Below are positions 25,341 to 39,545 of a stretch of DNA of 62,000 bases, one piece after another (position 1 is the stretch's first letter; each line of letters begins with the position of its first letter). The notes beneath the pieces are model-generated. The model was not told the DNA's origin. It saw only the letters and a program-made list of their open reading frames with translations, and ran no database searches. The DNA comes from Vicugna vicugna. Taxonomy: Eukaryota. The stretch lies in contig MU057744.1 of NCBI GenBank assembly GCA_013265495.1, positions 620,001 to 682,000 on the forward strand, in the 5' to 3' direction. A program made the translations under genes and the position numbers.

Positions 25341-28300
25341 AGCCCTTCAACAAGCAGTTCACGCTCTCTAAAACAAACAAACTGGGCAACTAGAGCTCTC
25401 AGAGGAGCTGAGTGTGATCCTGAGCATCACAGGAGCGAGAGATTCTGAGACACTGGCCCCAGCGAGGCTGCGTGAAAAGGGACCAGGAAGGCCCTACCAG
25501 GGAAATCACCTTCCCCGGCTTCACATCCCTACCAGGAGGAACTGTGCTAGAAGTGTCACCCTGAGTAGCTCCTCTATCTCCATAACAGATCTCCATATTC
25601 TGACAGAATGATGATGGTGATGACCCAGCTGACACCATCAATGATCACCACTCCACACCAGGCACCTCTGTAAGCACTCTACTGTAGTGGCTGATTTAAA
25701 CCTCCTAACAATCTCATAAATACAAATACATCCCTACTGGTCACACGGCGGGCCCTGAAGCATGGGTCACAGAGCTACAAGTGTCAGGGGCACGATTCAG
25801 ACCCAGGCAATCTCTCTGAATTCTGCATACAAATTTCTGTTCTCTAAAACAAACACTGACTCCTCCCTCCAACAAACCAGCTCTTCCTTCCTCTTTCCTA
25901 TTTCAGTTAATGGCCTCTACCCAGCCACTCAAGAGAGAAACCAGAATAGCACTCCATCTGGGGCTGGGTCAGTTTTTCCTCTTGACAGCTTGCTGGCTCC
26001 TATCTGCATCTGCTGCTTGGAACTCTATGACCTTGGGTACTTGACTTCCTCTCTTCAACTCTCAGCTTCTTATCTATAAAACCGAATTCCTAAGAGCACC
26101 TAAAGTTGCTGCGGCTTTAAATGAGACAGCTGATATAAAATGCACAGCCTGGTGCCTGGCGACTGCAGGAAGGTCAATAATTATCAGCGATCATGCCCAT
26201 CACCTTTGGTCTGGTCCCTCCCCGCTAACGACCTTACGTGTAAGCAGTCTCAGGCCCTCACCTCTGTCACTTGTAATACCAACAGCTCCTTCATTGGTCA
26301 CGTTGCCTGGTCTATTTTCCATTCAGTTCAAATTCTACAACTGCTAAAAATGTCGCTCACGTTCCTCAACATCACAAACGACCCTGCAGCTCCTAGGGAA
26401 TACGGTGCCAGCTCCTGATCATCACGCTCAGGAATCCCCTCCACCACCTACCCTTTTCAACCTCTCAGCACAGCTCGTGACACACTGGGCCACCCCATAA
26501 TTCCTCCTACGGGTGCACCCTTTCTCAACAGTATTTCACTGTTTCTTTTAATCATGTTGCTGCTGCTACAGAAATTCCCATTAATTCCCAATGACTTTTC
26601 TACACGCCTTTATCTTAGGACTCACCACATTGTATTGCAGGATTATATCATTTCTTTCAAAGCTAGACTACACTTTCCTTAAGAAGGAAAATCAGGTCTT
26701 ATTCAGTTAAAAAACAAAAATCAAAAAACCAGCACCTTGCCACAAATGGTACGAGCTCAACAAATAAAAACCAATTCACTTAATACTAACTTTGATTGAA
26801 AATTTTTTATTATTCAAATTCCTTTAGGAAATATCCCGCAGCTAAAGCACTGAGAAACAAACAGGCACATTTACAAAAGCCTTTCTCCATTCCACAGCAA
26901 GAATTCAAGGCACTAAGGAAAGTGCTACAGAAACGCCTAAAAATCTTACCAAACTTTTTTCAGATTAAAACCAAAAAATGTCAGCAGTAAAACCTTAGCT
27001 GTTTATTCCCTGTGAGAAAAATTATATAATTCAGAGTATACACTTTCAAAGTTCTTTAAAATCAACAGTAGACGTGATTGTTTTCCATACATCCTAAAGA
27101 AAATTTGAAAACCTTGGAGCCCTATCCTAAATGTGAAATAAAAATAACAAAAAATAATTTATATAGCAACATCATAATGATCGATAATTTTTAATATATA
27201 TTTTGTACAAGGTAGAAGATACTGCAAAATAAATTTAGAAATACCGAACACAGATATTTACAAGAGTTAAAGACACCTTGCAAGTGCAGGCAGTACTAGT
27301 GTCTTCATTCCCGGGTTATTCTTACAGGCAAGGAAAATTAGCCCCCCTTCTAAAGAAAAAAACGCAGTTGAGGCAAGTAGAGACAACTGTGTTTACTGTT
27401 ACAAAATATTCCACAGCAAGAAAAACAGCAGTGCAATCAAACTGAGATCCTGTCGCTTAGTCTGTTCTGTCTCACCAGCCAGGAAGACGGGCAGACAGCA
27501 GGGGAGAAGGGCACTGGGACTGGGAGTGATGAAGAACAGAAACAGAAATGGAATATATGTCAAATACTTTCTGAGCAAATGCACTTCAAATTCAACCTAC
27601 ACTTCATGTTTTTTTTCCCTACCGCACTGGTATCATCACCATTTAGTTTCTATTCCTGTGATCTAAATGTAGACAAGTGCAAAGAAAAAGGGTTCAAGTT
27701 ACAAGTGAATTACACACTAGAAATCAAACACTACCATTTTCCATGGTGTTTAAGGCATCTTTCGGTTATGGGGTTACTTTCTTAAAATGTGTTAAAATGT
27801 TCAAGAAGTTGGTGGTATAGGACAAAGAATATTAGACCAAAAGTCAAGACTCTGGCTTTCTGTTTTGCCTCGAACTCTTCAGAATCTCAGGCAAAGTGTG
27901 TAGCCTTTCTGATCCCCATTCTTCTTAGACATATTTTAAAAAAAAACAAAAACAAAGCTAGATGATCTCTAAATATTTTTTAGGCTATGTGCAGCACAGC
28001 AGTCAGAAAATAGCAATACAGTAATAGTCATATAGTAATGGCACCAAGATTAATTTAGGACTAAAATTACACATTCTAAATGTTTCCTTAAATTGTGCAT
28101 AACCAGGTTGTGTCAAAACTACTGGGATTTTATTCTTTAAAAATAAGGTGTAGAAAAAATAAATATATTTCAGTAGTATGGAATGTATGGCTTTAGAAAT
28201 ATTCTCCAAAATATTTAAATAAAGCTAAGAGGGGAAAACAAGTTATCAGCATTACTGTCTTTGGAAGCCTCATTAAGAGGAAATTCAGGAAATGGCAAAG

Positions 28301-29399
28301 GACTTTAATCTCTAGAAAACTCTAAGTCACAGTGCATTAAAGGTCCAGATGAGCAAATATTAGAATAGTGTAAGAGTGAGCTGATGGATATAGACAGCTG
28401 TCCTACAAGTCACACCAGCAAAACCTCCTTTTATCATTGGCTAGAATACACTGAATTTTGTACTTCAATGAATGAATATCCGGGAGCAATAACAATGAAT
28501 GCATTTTATGAACTGATAGATATGTTTGGTTGCCCTTTCAAATAAAGCACATTGTTATAATAAAAGAGGAAATCCTTCTCACCATTGTTTTAATTTTACA
28601 GTCATCCAAACTTAGTACAATAATTATGCTTTGCAATAATATATATGCAATTATGACTATTATTCTTCTACCTAGGAAATTAAGACAAGTGAGCTACAAA
28701 ACTAATAAGAATTCCATTGCAGCAAATCACATTTTGACCACAGTGATTTTAAAGAGGGAAGAGAAAGGAAAAAAATTACTATTATTGCTCCTTAAAAGTT
28801 CATAATATAAAACCAGCATATACATTTGATTTCACTTTTGCTAAATAAAAATTACTAAAAACAGCGATTTCAGCCAAGAATCAAGTGCTACAACAGAAAA
28901 TTTAAATATACTTAACCAGAAAATATTTTCAATGTACAAAGACACAGGTAACTTAAAAGAGAGAGTGAAGTGTAAGAACATATCCCTAGAAAAGAGTAAG
29001 ACCATCCCAACAACAACTTCACGTGTGGAAAGTGGTTAAACTACTCCCCTCAAAACAGGTGTAAAAGTAGAGGAAGAAACAGAACCCCAGAGCTAGTCCA
29101 CAACCCAGATGTCACTTTCCAGTACTTTCCCCAAATTAGGAATTCCATCTTTCCAATAAACACTCCCCAACCACCCCAGCCTCTGACAAATTAGTTACTA
29201 TGAAGTTTGTCTTACTTGATTTAAAATGTATCTTCTCCTTACTTTCACTCCTTTGATCACACAAGATTACCACTAGACATTATCAGGAGGCACTGCTTGG
29301 ACTTCCATCCCCTCTGTTTTTAACCCCTCATCTCCAGGGGCTTCTCTACTGCCTACTTTTAAAAAGAAGAAGAAAAAAATCCTGTTGACACCTTCCTCT

Positions 29400-31890
29400 T
29401 TCGAGATTACTCAAGGGTAACCTGCACTGGAAACAGTCTTCTCACCTCCCCTCGCCTCTCGGTGCCCTGCAGTCTGACATTTGCCCACACGGCTCTACGG
29501 AAACCGCCCAGGTCAAGACCAACAATAACCTCCTAACTGCCAAAGCCAGTCCAATAGGCACGTTCCAGTCCTTATCTCATTTGACCTGAGGAGCATGGGG
29601 CATATGAGACTATCAATCCTTCATTCCTTAAACCTCTCTTCTCTCTTGACTTGGAAGATGCCAAATCTCTTTTGGTTTTCCTCCTGCCCCTCTGGCCTCT
29701 CCTTGTGTCTCCCTGGATGGCTGCTTCCTGGCCAGCTCCTTCATTCTTCTCTCCTCCTCACTTCCCTTCCCTTGTGTTCTAGGAAAATCTCATCCACTTC
29801 TAAGGTTTCAAGTGCCACCTTTTTGCTAATGGCTTCCAAATTTTTACCTAGAGATGAATTCAGAACTTCTTCCAAATTTCCAGACCCTCATAGAGCAAGA
29901 CATACCTGGAACAGGGCAGGGCAGGGCAGCGTTAAGGGGCTAGAGAATTATCTTAGGCCAGTAAGCCCCATTCAAGACCCTCTAACTGATGGCTCAATTC
30001 ACTCATTCTCAATATCCACAACTCCCTTCTAGGGTGAGGGTCCTCCAGTACCAATCACCAATATGACTAAACATTTCCATCTGCCCAGGGCAGTCCTGGT
30101 TTGCTTGTTGTCCCAGAGTAACTATTAACGATATTCTTTTTCTTTCTGAAATAACACCTGTTCAGTCAATACATTATACAGTCACCTTGCCTGCTACCAT
30201 TCTTTCTGATTTTCCCTGCACAACTAGAGGAGTCCTCCTCCCTCCATGAGCCTTTACTCCGTACCATTAGGATCCCTAGTTCTGTTGCTAAGAAACTTCC
30301 CTCCATCCTCCATCTTCACCCAGGAGGACCGCTTCAACCCCCTTTCATAAATCACTACACACAAGACAAGCAGTACTCTCCTGGTTCCCCAGGGTGACTT
30401 GTACATTATTACTATTTCATTTCGCCCACTCTTAAGGCTATATGATAGCCATATTTACAGCCGTCACCTCTGAGTCATTCGTCCCCATCTACTGAGAACT
30501 TGGTCATACAACTCCTGTCTTCCTCTCCACACAAGATCTATTATTCTGGGCGCTTCACTATCCATAAGAGCAACTAATCCCAACATCCTAGGATCTGGAG
30601 CTCTCTGATTTCCTCTCCGTCAGTGGTCCCTACTCTGCAGAAGGCTGACATGGTTTAGTAGTTGGGCATAAGGGCTTTGGGGCTGGAAGGACTCAATACC
30701 TCCTAGCTGTGTGCCTTGGGGAAAATGGCATAGCCTCACCGAGCCCCAGTTTCCTCATCTGTAAAATGGAGCTCCTCACAGACGCCTCCCAGGACGGTTG
30801 TGGAAAATAAGTATGACAACCTATGGGAAGCATCCGGCACAGCGACTAGTACCAGCAAGCAACAGCGGTGACCAGTGGCCAGTGACCAGCATCAGTAAGC
30901 TCAGTAAGCAGTAGCTTTCGTTACTACTACTCCCGCCGTAACCAGCACTACTAACCCTGGCTGCCCTCTGCCGTCAGCCGTAGTTTGGCCCTTACCATCA
31001 CCTGCAGCTGCTGCAACTCCAGGATCTGCAACTTAGGACTCCCACATCACATTTTTCCGTCTCGAGTACTCCTTCACTTCCACTCGTCCTGCTGGGACTC
31101 TTCATCCTCCTCGTTGTCCACGTTTATCAGCCCTGTCTGGTCTTGGCTTTCCTCCAGAATCAAGCAGGATCCCTATGACTCAGCCCTTCAGTCAACCTCA
31201 TTACCACCCTCAATTTCTGACTTCACACCATCCCCCTCTTCCCGGCCCCCCGCCCACGTTCTCCATCATACCTTCCCTTCCGATCCCCATCCAGGTTCAC
31301 TCTATTTGCTTTCTGCTGTTATGGGAGCTACTGGAGAAAAAGGCTTAACCATTCTGATAGCCTCTTTCTACATTTGTGATTGCAGGGGTGTTTAACATTA
31401 TTTAGCAATTAGTCACTCGTGCCTGCTCAAGTCCGTTTTCCAATCACAATGGTAACTTTTCTTTCCCCCTCAAAAATTCCCCAATGCATGCTCTTCCTCT
31501 CAGTCTCGGCAGATAGCCTTAGCTTCCCAGCGACAGATGATGCTACCCTGGATACTTACCTACATCTGTCTCTGTATCTACTCCGTTTCCTGTCCTTTTT
31601 TAAAAGGAAGATGCATCACTGCTTTTCTTCAGGATAACCCTTTCACCTGTGCCCCTGTCCCCAACCCATCCATTTCCTCTGAGATTCAGTCTAATTCTTT
31701 CTCTTGTGACTTCAATTTTCTCTCTTCCTGAATGGCCCCTTTCCCTTCCTCCACAAAGTATCCTTATCTCCTCCATCTTTAAAATAATAACAAACCTTCC
31801 CTGATCACATGTCCTTGCTCCAGCTTCCATCCAGTGCCCTCCCTTCTTTACCAAAAGTATTTGAAGGAATATATTTACTGAATGAATGCA
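29400..31890 (+). mobile_element. Degenerate LINE-2 pieces with an embedded MIR (~30645-30870)
   Basis: gtcaagaccaacaataacctcctaactgccaaa (L2) and ccccagtttcctcatctgtaaaatgg (MIR core). Confidence 0.65.
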
Positions 31891-33829
31891 AGCTTTTTTG
31901 TTTGGTTCTCTCCTGAGCTCCAGACCTATATATTTAAAAAATTTTAATTATATGTGACTCATTCCAGATTCGGTTCCAACAAAGAAAATAAAACAGCTAT
32001 TTCAAACAAGCAGTTATTTTAAACAAACTGATGTGAACTGATGCACTTCATATCTCCTTATCAACTCCTCCACTTGTATTTTGAGAATTAAGATCGACTA
32101 CCAGCATCACCATTCACCCTGACAACCTAGACTCCTTAAGGCCCACTTCGATTTCTTCCTCTGCTTTCCCAAATCTGAGCAAGTTCTTTCTAAAATCTCC
32201 CACATCTGTCCCCTTTGTGTCTCCCCAGGACTCCTACTGTTAAGGCCCTCCTCCCATTTCACAGGGATGTTGTGAAGGTTAAATGAAATAATAAATGGGA
32301 ATGCACTCTGTAAGATGTGAGGTGCTTACAAAGCTTATTTAATATTATATCTTTGGCAAAGTGTGCATGAGGTTAGCTTACTAGAACTTGTTCTTAACAA
32401 AACAATTTTACATCTTAGTAATCAATGCTTTCTTTTCTAATCACAAATCACAAAGCATCTGTTTGGCAATCTGATCTACAATTTTTCTAGGAATCAGTCA
32501 GTGTCATGATGTTCAAAGTACAGTTTCTGGGCTTCATCTCCCCACACTCTGTTTTTTTTAATTTAAAATGTGCAATTCTTTAGGTTTCTGGCAAAAATCT
32601 TCTCTTTACTTTTTAAAGACTACTAGCAGTAGTCGTTTGAACAGATCTAAGTCTGTGTAGTAATCTACCTCATCACTCATGTGTTTCCTCCACCCATCTA
32701 AAGTGGCTATAAGTTCTCTTATTTCCTGGTTCTGAGTCTCAACATCAAAGAATCATATCTGAATGGTATAATGACTAGCCTCTTGGAAAATTGATTTCTT
32801 TCTCAGCTAATTAAGATGATTACACTTCATGTGTTACTCTTTCATATTATTAGATAAGATTTTTCTTTGTTGTTGTTTTTTCCTCCCCATAAGTTAGACC
32901 TGGAAAACATTCAAAATTTCCAAATGTCTCAATTACTGTAAAGCGAAGCCAGAGCTAAGAGGCAGAAGGACGAACACTGATAAGAAGCAATAGCAAAAGA
33001 AAGTGGCGTTGATGAGAATATAGTGTCCCTGTGGACTTGAGATCCATTTATACTTATTTATCTGACAGATTTATATTCAGGTTAAAAATTCATTTAAAAA
33101 TATTACCTTATTGCCTAAGTTCTTAATGTAAGGAGCAGATCTTTTTTTTGGTATTTTGGAAAAAAGCAGGTTTATTAGAAGAGGAAGGAAGAAACAGAAA
33201 TGCTGGTTCTGTTAATATATTTTTGATACATGTTTTACAGGTCAACTTCTAGGCTCCAAATGCTGCATAATTTGATGAAAAAGATCCCCATTTAACATGT
33301 AATGGCCCATTTATTTCAAGCCATCTTTAATGAAACAGAAGAATTAGGATAATCTCTATATTACTATTAGCGAAGTATTAAAAATGCAGGTCATTTCCAT
33401 TGTAATTTCACAAATGGCCAAGTGAAGCTATATTTGATAACAAGATTTCTGAGGCTTAAAAAAAATTCTTGAACTTAAGCCAGGCATCTAAACCTTATTC
33501 AGAAAAAGATTAATCAGATGAAGGTGTTCAAGTTAAAAACAGCAACAAACTAAAAAGATACTCTGAAATTCTGGATTACAGGGCTTTCTCTACAACGGAA
33601 ACTAACAAAAAGATTCTCTCAGTGCAAGCAAAGAAAAACAAAAGTACATGGGGTGAAAAAAGATGACTAGGAGGGTCCAAAAAACAAAGGAGCATGAAAA
33701 AAGTTGGCAGTTCATGGTTGAAAATATTAAGCCCCTGCTATAATCAAGATAACATGAAAAGTGTCTTCAATACAAAGTTACTAGCATCTACTACTACTAA
33801 TCTCCAAGTGGAGTCTCATTTCATTGTTT

Positions 33830-34642
33830 TCTAACCAACTCCTCACCTTCTCCTACCAAACTGCTCCTCTCATAAACTATCTCAGTACATGCCTACTCCA
33901 TCTTTCCACTTGCTCAGGACGAAAACTTGGGGTGTTCTTTAAGTCTCTCCAACAATTCCACTCTGGTCCAAACCACATCATCTCTGGCCTGGATTATGGC
34001 AAGAGTCCTGGAACTGACATTCCTACTTCTGCCCAAGGCCTCACCCAACCTCAGACACAGTCTATTCTCCATCCAGCCACCAGAGTGACCCTTTTTAAAG
34101 GCAAGTCTAATATATCCCTTCTCTATTCAAAAGGATGCGCCCCCTTCCCCCTCCACCCACCAAGTGGGAACCCAAGTCCTTACAAAGGCCTCAAAGCCTT
34201 ATACAATCTGACTTCCATTCCCACTTACCTCTCACCCTCATTTCTACCCCTCTTACTTTGCTCACTCACTGCTGCCAAACCACCCTCCCTGCCCTCCTTA
34301 AACATGCCCCATACACTCCTGCCTCCAAGCTTTTGGCAAGTGCCTTTCCTTCTGCTTAAACACTCTACCCTCAAAGAGGTGCATGGATTACCCTCTCGCT
34401 TCCTTCTGGTCTTGGAATCAACTGTCACCTTCTCCAGGAAGTCCTCCTTGGCTACCTATAGTTAAAATTGCAAGTCTCTCTCTCTTCTCTTCTTTTTTCT
34501 CTATGGTCCTTAACACCATCTGACACAGCATATATTTTATTTGTTTATTATCTGAGATTCCCCTACTAGAATGTAAGCTCCATGTAGGAAGGGATATTTA
34601 TCAGCTTAGAAAACTGTCTGGCACACAGTAGGGCTCAAAAAA
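33830..34642 (+). mobile_element. LINE-2 3' part
   Basis: cagccaccagagtgacc...tagaatgtaagctccatg...ctggcacacagtagggctcaaaaaata. Confidence 0.8.
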
Positions 34643-35329
34643 TACTAAGTTTATATATAATTTTATAGTTTACAAATTGCTTTCATGTAAATTATATAAT
34701 AACTCATTTTCTCCTTACGCCCCCTCTTCTCCGATTTTTTTTTTTTTGGCAGAGAAAGGTTTATTGCAGGGCCAAGTAAGGAGAACGGCCAGCTCATGCT
34801 CAAAAAACCCACACTCCCCCAAATTCTCCAATCTCTGCAGTAACAATGTGGATAACAGAAAAGAGCTATCAGGAGAAAAAAAAGTTGCTGGCTACTTACA
34901 AAGCTCTTTAAAACAGATACTCCAAATGAATTAACTACTTCTATAAAATGAAAGCTCAGAGTCAACATCTTTACTAGCATAAGGTTTCTGGGTGTGGAAA
35001 CTTAAAGTAACAGAGCAGAGCAGCCAAGGATCACCAGGAAGAAAAGCCCAGTTCAGTTCGTACTACCAATCTGCTAAACAAACCCTAGGGAAAGTGCGAG
35101 GTGAATTCAATACTCGAGGGAACACTGGTCTGAATTCAACACCAAAGTATTCAACGCAAGATTCAACTCCCTCAAAATGTTCTGTCTGCTTAATACAACC
35201 TCATCACCGACCAAGTGCTGTCACTGGGTGTGTATGGTCTGCTGGGCATATAGGGAATGTTTTGTTTTGCTTAAACTGGTAAGAACGAGAGCTAGGGAGC
35301 GTTTTCTGAAGTCTCTGTGCCTACCCCCT

Positions 35330-36770
35330 CCGCCACTAAGCAACCCGCTGGCCTCCACACTGAGGTGCCGGGTCTTCCTGGAGCATTTCCCGCACAGTTT
35401 AATCCCACCAGAGGCGAAAGGGCAGCTCAGCCAAGGCTCCAAGGATGCCCGGGGCAGGCGGCAGATGTCTCAATGGAGCCTCCGGAGAGTCTCTGCCCCG
35501 GGCGAAGGGTGTCGCCGGCAGGAGAAAAGCAGCGGACCAAGGCGCCCGGGGGAGATGATGGGAGAGAGGGCGGGCGGGCGAGCAGCCGCAGGGCCAGATC
35601 GCAGGGGGCGACCTGCGGAGGGCGGCGCGAACTGTCAACTCCAGCCGTCAGCCTGCCAGCGTGGGCCTGGCCGGGGCGCAGGATAAGAAACACGGTCCAG
35701 ACTGCGGCAGGTCGCCGCCAGCCCGCTCGCCCTCCGGCCTCCGAGCGCCGGGGGATAAAGTTAGTGGCCGGGGGCCGCGCGGCCGCCGCGAAGGTCCGGA
35801 GCGGCCGGGGAGCTCCCGCCGCGGCTCAGCTGCTGCCACAGGCGGCACGGAGCGGCGGGGAGACATCCCGGGGCCCCAGAGCCGGAGAGAAACCCCGGGC
35901 CGGCGCGTCGGGCCGGGTCCCCTGCGCCCTCAGCCCGGCCGCCGCGACCCCCACCCCACGCCCAAACCGCCTTCCCCCTCGGCCACCGACGGGTCGGGGA
36001 CCCCAGCCCTCTGTCGGCATCGCCGGACCCCGCGGCAGCCCTTACCTGCTCGCTGGCCGCCGCCGCGCGTCCCGCCTCACCCGGAGAACCCCGAGCCGCC
36101 GCCGCCGATACCACAGCCGCTGCGAGATCCCCACCCCCGCCCCCTCAGGTAACCCGGGAAACCGGGAACACCACCCCTCCCTCCCCCCGTCTCCCCAGCC
36201 CCGCTCTCCTGCGCCTGCGCGCTGGCCCGCCTCACGCGCCCCGAGCCCCGCCCCTCACCGGCGGGGCCGCGCCAGCGTCGCAGGCGTGACGCGAGGGGCT
36301 GACGAGCCAATGGGGAAGGGGAGAGGGCGGGCCGGGCCGCTGGGCGGGGCCTCCCTCCCCAGCGCTCCGCGAAACCGCCTGCGTCACTCTCGAGCCGTGC
36401 GAGCTCTGTCTGCAGCGCACGGAGCACATGCACAGCGTTCCTCCCCGACCCGGACTGTCATCCCGTCCTCCTGTGTGGGTGCCGAGGGTGGGGGTAGAAA
36501 GAATAGGGGAAGGGGCGGGACAGGGAGGGGGATCATCCACGAGGAACAGTGCCCTTCCTCGGGGGCCTGGAAAAACATGATCTTACTAAGGTTGTCGTAG
36601 GCATCTCTCAGAAAACAAAGAGGTTTACGATGCCACCCCAGAATTAATTCAGCGCGAAGGGGTATGTTTCAGCCTAACCCTCTTCAAACCGAGCTGCAAG
36701 CAGCGCGCGCTGTCAACGTTGCATGCCCTAAAACAGCCGTGCCGCCCGGGTGTGGGAACCGTGTGTTCAA
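35330..36770 (-). promoter_or_regulatory. LYST: CpG island / main LYST promoter
   Basis: Very GC- and CpG-dense stretch around exon 1. It carries several GGGCGG/CCGCCC boxes, CCAAT at 36307-36311 and CRE half-sites TGACG/CGTCA at 36287, 36300 and 36382. No TATA box seen. Confidence 0.9.
36046..36150 (-). other. LYST: LYST non-coding first exon (5' end approximate)
   Basis: Strong donor CAG|GTAAGG (GT at 36044-36045) inside a CpG island. The sequence GGCGGCGGCTCGGGGTTCTCCGGG resembles the human LYST mRNA 5' end as I recall it. The TSS cannot be fixed from sequence. Confidence 0.8.
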
Positions 36771-36979
36771 CAGAAGGATGTTTTAGTTGCATCTCTGAAT
36801 GCCAGGCCCAGCACATGGCTGACAGGCTGCTGATGCAGCAGTTCGGCATTTCAGAGGACACCCCTCCTCACCATCCAGTCACTGTGGCAGGCCTGGCGGT
36901 GGAATGTCAGAGGTATTGGGAAGGAGCCCGAACTTTGAAGTCTGAGGGTCTGGGGTTCAGTCCCACCTAATAAAAAGCA

Positions 36980-37171
36980 CTGCTGATCCTTGAACAAGGG
37001 GGAATTTTTAGAGGCACCTATCCTCGCTAGTCGAAAACCCTGCATATAACTTTATAATCAGCCCTCCGTCTGTGGATTCAACCAGCCTCGGATGGTGTTA
37101 CTGTAATACAGATTTAGTGAAGAAATTTTGGAGCGATATGGGTCAAACCCCTGTTGTTCAAGAGTCAATTG
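36980..37171. mobile_element. Tigger2-type non-autonomous DNA transposon (MITE) inserted in a MIR remnant
   Basis: Terminal inverted repeats ctgctgatccttgaacaa / ttgttcaagagtcaattg, followed by TA. Internal tggattcaacca motif. Confidence 0.75.
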
Positions 37172-38124
37172 TATAGGCATTGGTCTACAAAGAGCCAGGA
37201 ACTGCTTTAGAACCAACAACTACAGTCATTTTTGCATAAGATTCAAGAAATAAAAATAATTTAGGATATTGTATCCTACGGCTGTATACCAAACGCAGCT
37301 TTTAATACCTCAAACGTCCATTGGACCCAGTGACAAGCCAACTAAATAGGCACCCTGTGATGTGATTTGAAGGGACTCTCAGGAAAATCTGGTACTTTAA
37401 GATACCCCGCCCCGACACCTGAAGTTCATACCTTTGTGCAGAGGTTGCCCCCATTCTCTGGCATTCCTTTAAAAGGCGAATACTCCAGGCATGTGCAACA
37501 CACAAGTCCCCAGCAAGTAAGTGAAAGAGATGTCACTCACTTAACAAATAGTGAACACCTACTATGTGCTGGGTACTGTGTGGTAAGTGCTGGAGATACT
37601 TTGGTGAATTTCCCCGAACTCAAAGAGGAAGAGGAAGCCAAACCTGACATGTTTCACAGTTTGACCAATAACCCAACCTACTCTTATTTACACATCAAGA
37701 TTCACGCACTAATCTCAAAAACACTTTTTTTTTCCCAATGGACAAAAGAAGTCATTGAACTGTTAGGTAACAAGTCAGTTCCTGTTTCTCTTGAGTAGAC
37801 TATAGTAGATGATCATTATTTCTCTAAAGTCAGAGAGAACGAAACAGACTTCCTATGACAATGGTACACAGCTGACCCTCAAAGTAGTATTTTTTGGTAA
37901 AAGTTACAAAGCAATGTCTTTTGTGACTATTCTTGTCTCTTCATATCTGAATTATAAAGTATTTTTAACCAAACTGTCACAGTATTGACTTTGTACAAGA
38001 GTATCTTAGAACAGAGATATTAAGTATACATATTAGATAAAACTTAGTTTAAAATATTCAAATGAACACACAAAATAATGTGTGATCAAGTACATGCAAT
38101 AGAAGAGAGAATAAAGGAAAGGAA

Positions 38125-38265
38125 GGGGACGGTGGGTGTAGCTCAGTGGTAATACACATGCCTAGCATGCCTGTGGTCCTGGGCTCAATCCCAGTACCTC
38201 CATTAAAATAAAGAGATAAGCCTAATTACCCCCAAAAATTAAAAAATAAAAAAAGCTTAAATAAA
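38125..38265 (+). mobile_element. tRNA-derived SINE (vic-1 type)
   Basis: ggtgtagctcagtggta...gtcctgggctcaatcccagtacctccattaaaa...cctaattacccc plus A tail. Confidence 0.85.
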
Positions 38266-38484
38266 AGTAATAGATATCTAGAAGGAAGACTTACTTATGT
38301 GCTTGTAACATACTGGAAAACTTTGTAAGTAGGAAACTCTCCAGATAAACTGACTCTAAAATTAGATTTTAAAAGGAGGTTCTAAAATCAAGATTTTAAA
38401 AGATGCAGTTAATGTATTTGTGGATAATTGCACATTGAAGTCGCCAGAATATGTTAAAATAATCATCTCATGACCATATGGATA

Positions 38485-39545
38485 GGTAAATCAGACCATG
38501 TCACACCTCTGCTCAGAAGCCTGCAGTGGTTCCCCTTTTCTCTCAGGTAAGACCAAAGCCCTTACAATGGTCTACAGAGCTCTTCACGGTCTCACTCCCC
38601 ATAACTTCATCTCTTCCTACTTCGCCATCCAGCAGACATACTGGCTTCTTTACTGTTTACCAAACATTCCAGGCACATTCCTAACCTTTGCACGGGCTGT
38701 TCTGTTACCTGAAATGCTTTTTCTTCAGAAGCCACATGGATAACTCCCTTACCTCCTTCCTGTCTTTGCTGAAATTTCACCTTCTCAATGAAGTTTAGCT
38801 CAACACTGCCCTAAGCCTAGACAAGAAGGGACTCTGCCCTGGGCCCCATACTTTAGTATCCTTCATATCACAAATGCCATCTGTGCTGAGTGGAATTGAT
38901 TTCCACCCTCCATCACCAAATTCATTGGTTGAAACCCTAACCCACCATGTGACTCTATTTGGAGACGGAGCCTTTAAGGAGCTAATTAAGGTTAAATGAG
39001 GCCATAAGGGTGGGGCCTTCATCTAATAGGACTAGCGTCCTTATAAGGAGGGCAAGAGTCACCAGAGCTTCCCACGAGTGCTTAGAGAAAAAGTCGTGGG
39101 AGGACACAGGGAGACTGCGGCCGTCAGCAAACTGTCTGCAAAACGCTGCTACCACCTTGATCTTGGACTTCCAGCCTCCAGAACTAGGAGACAATTTCTG
39201 TTTTTAAGCCAGCCACTCTATGGTACTTTGTTACTGCAACCCTAGCAGATTAATATATCCCCCAAAATAATTTTATTACAGAACTCATGGGTTCTCTGCC
39301 AGTCAGGATTGGCACTAAAGAGTCAGCATGATGTGATCTTAAACATTATCTTTCTCATTGCACTTAACAGCTTCCAACATTCTACATCATTTCCCCATTT
39401 ACTATGTTTATTTTTATTGTCTGCTACATTTAGACTGTAAGCTCCCTGAAGGCAACAACTCTTGGTCTGTTTGTGGTGAATCCCAGGTGCCAGGACAGTA
39501 CCCAGCATGTAGTCAGCACTCAGGAAATATTTTTTGAATGAATAG
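38485..39545 (+). mobile_element. LINE-2 3' part, split by the MLT1 LTR
   Basis: atcagaccatgtcacacctctgctcagaa ... agactgtaagctccctgaaggc...gcactcaggaaatattttttgaatgaat. Confidence 0.75.
38882..39257 (+). mobile_element. MaLR MLT1(A/B)-like solo LTR inserted in an L2
   Basis: tatttggaga...gcctttaagga...aattaaggttaaatgaggccataagggtggggcc and cttgatcttggacttccagcctccagaact. Confidence 0.88.

Noticed and set aside
30865..30915. Short repeats gtgaccag / tcagtaagc
   Set aside because: Local slippage micro-duplications at a MIR end; no spacer structure, so not CRISPR-like.
33140..33215. T-run plus TTTATT resembling a retrocopy 3' end
   Set aside because: No recognisable parent gene or TSD; AT-rich background explains it.
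35317..36600. 427-aa plus-strand ORF and the overlapping ORFs in the CpG island
   Set aside because: Low-complexity Arg/Pro/Ala/Gly translation expected from stop-poor GC-rich promoter DNA; no recognisable domain.
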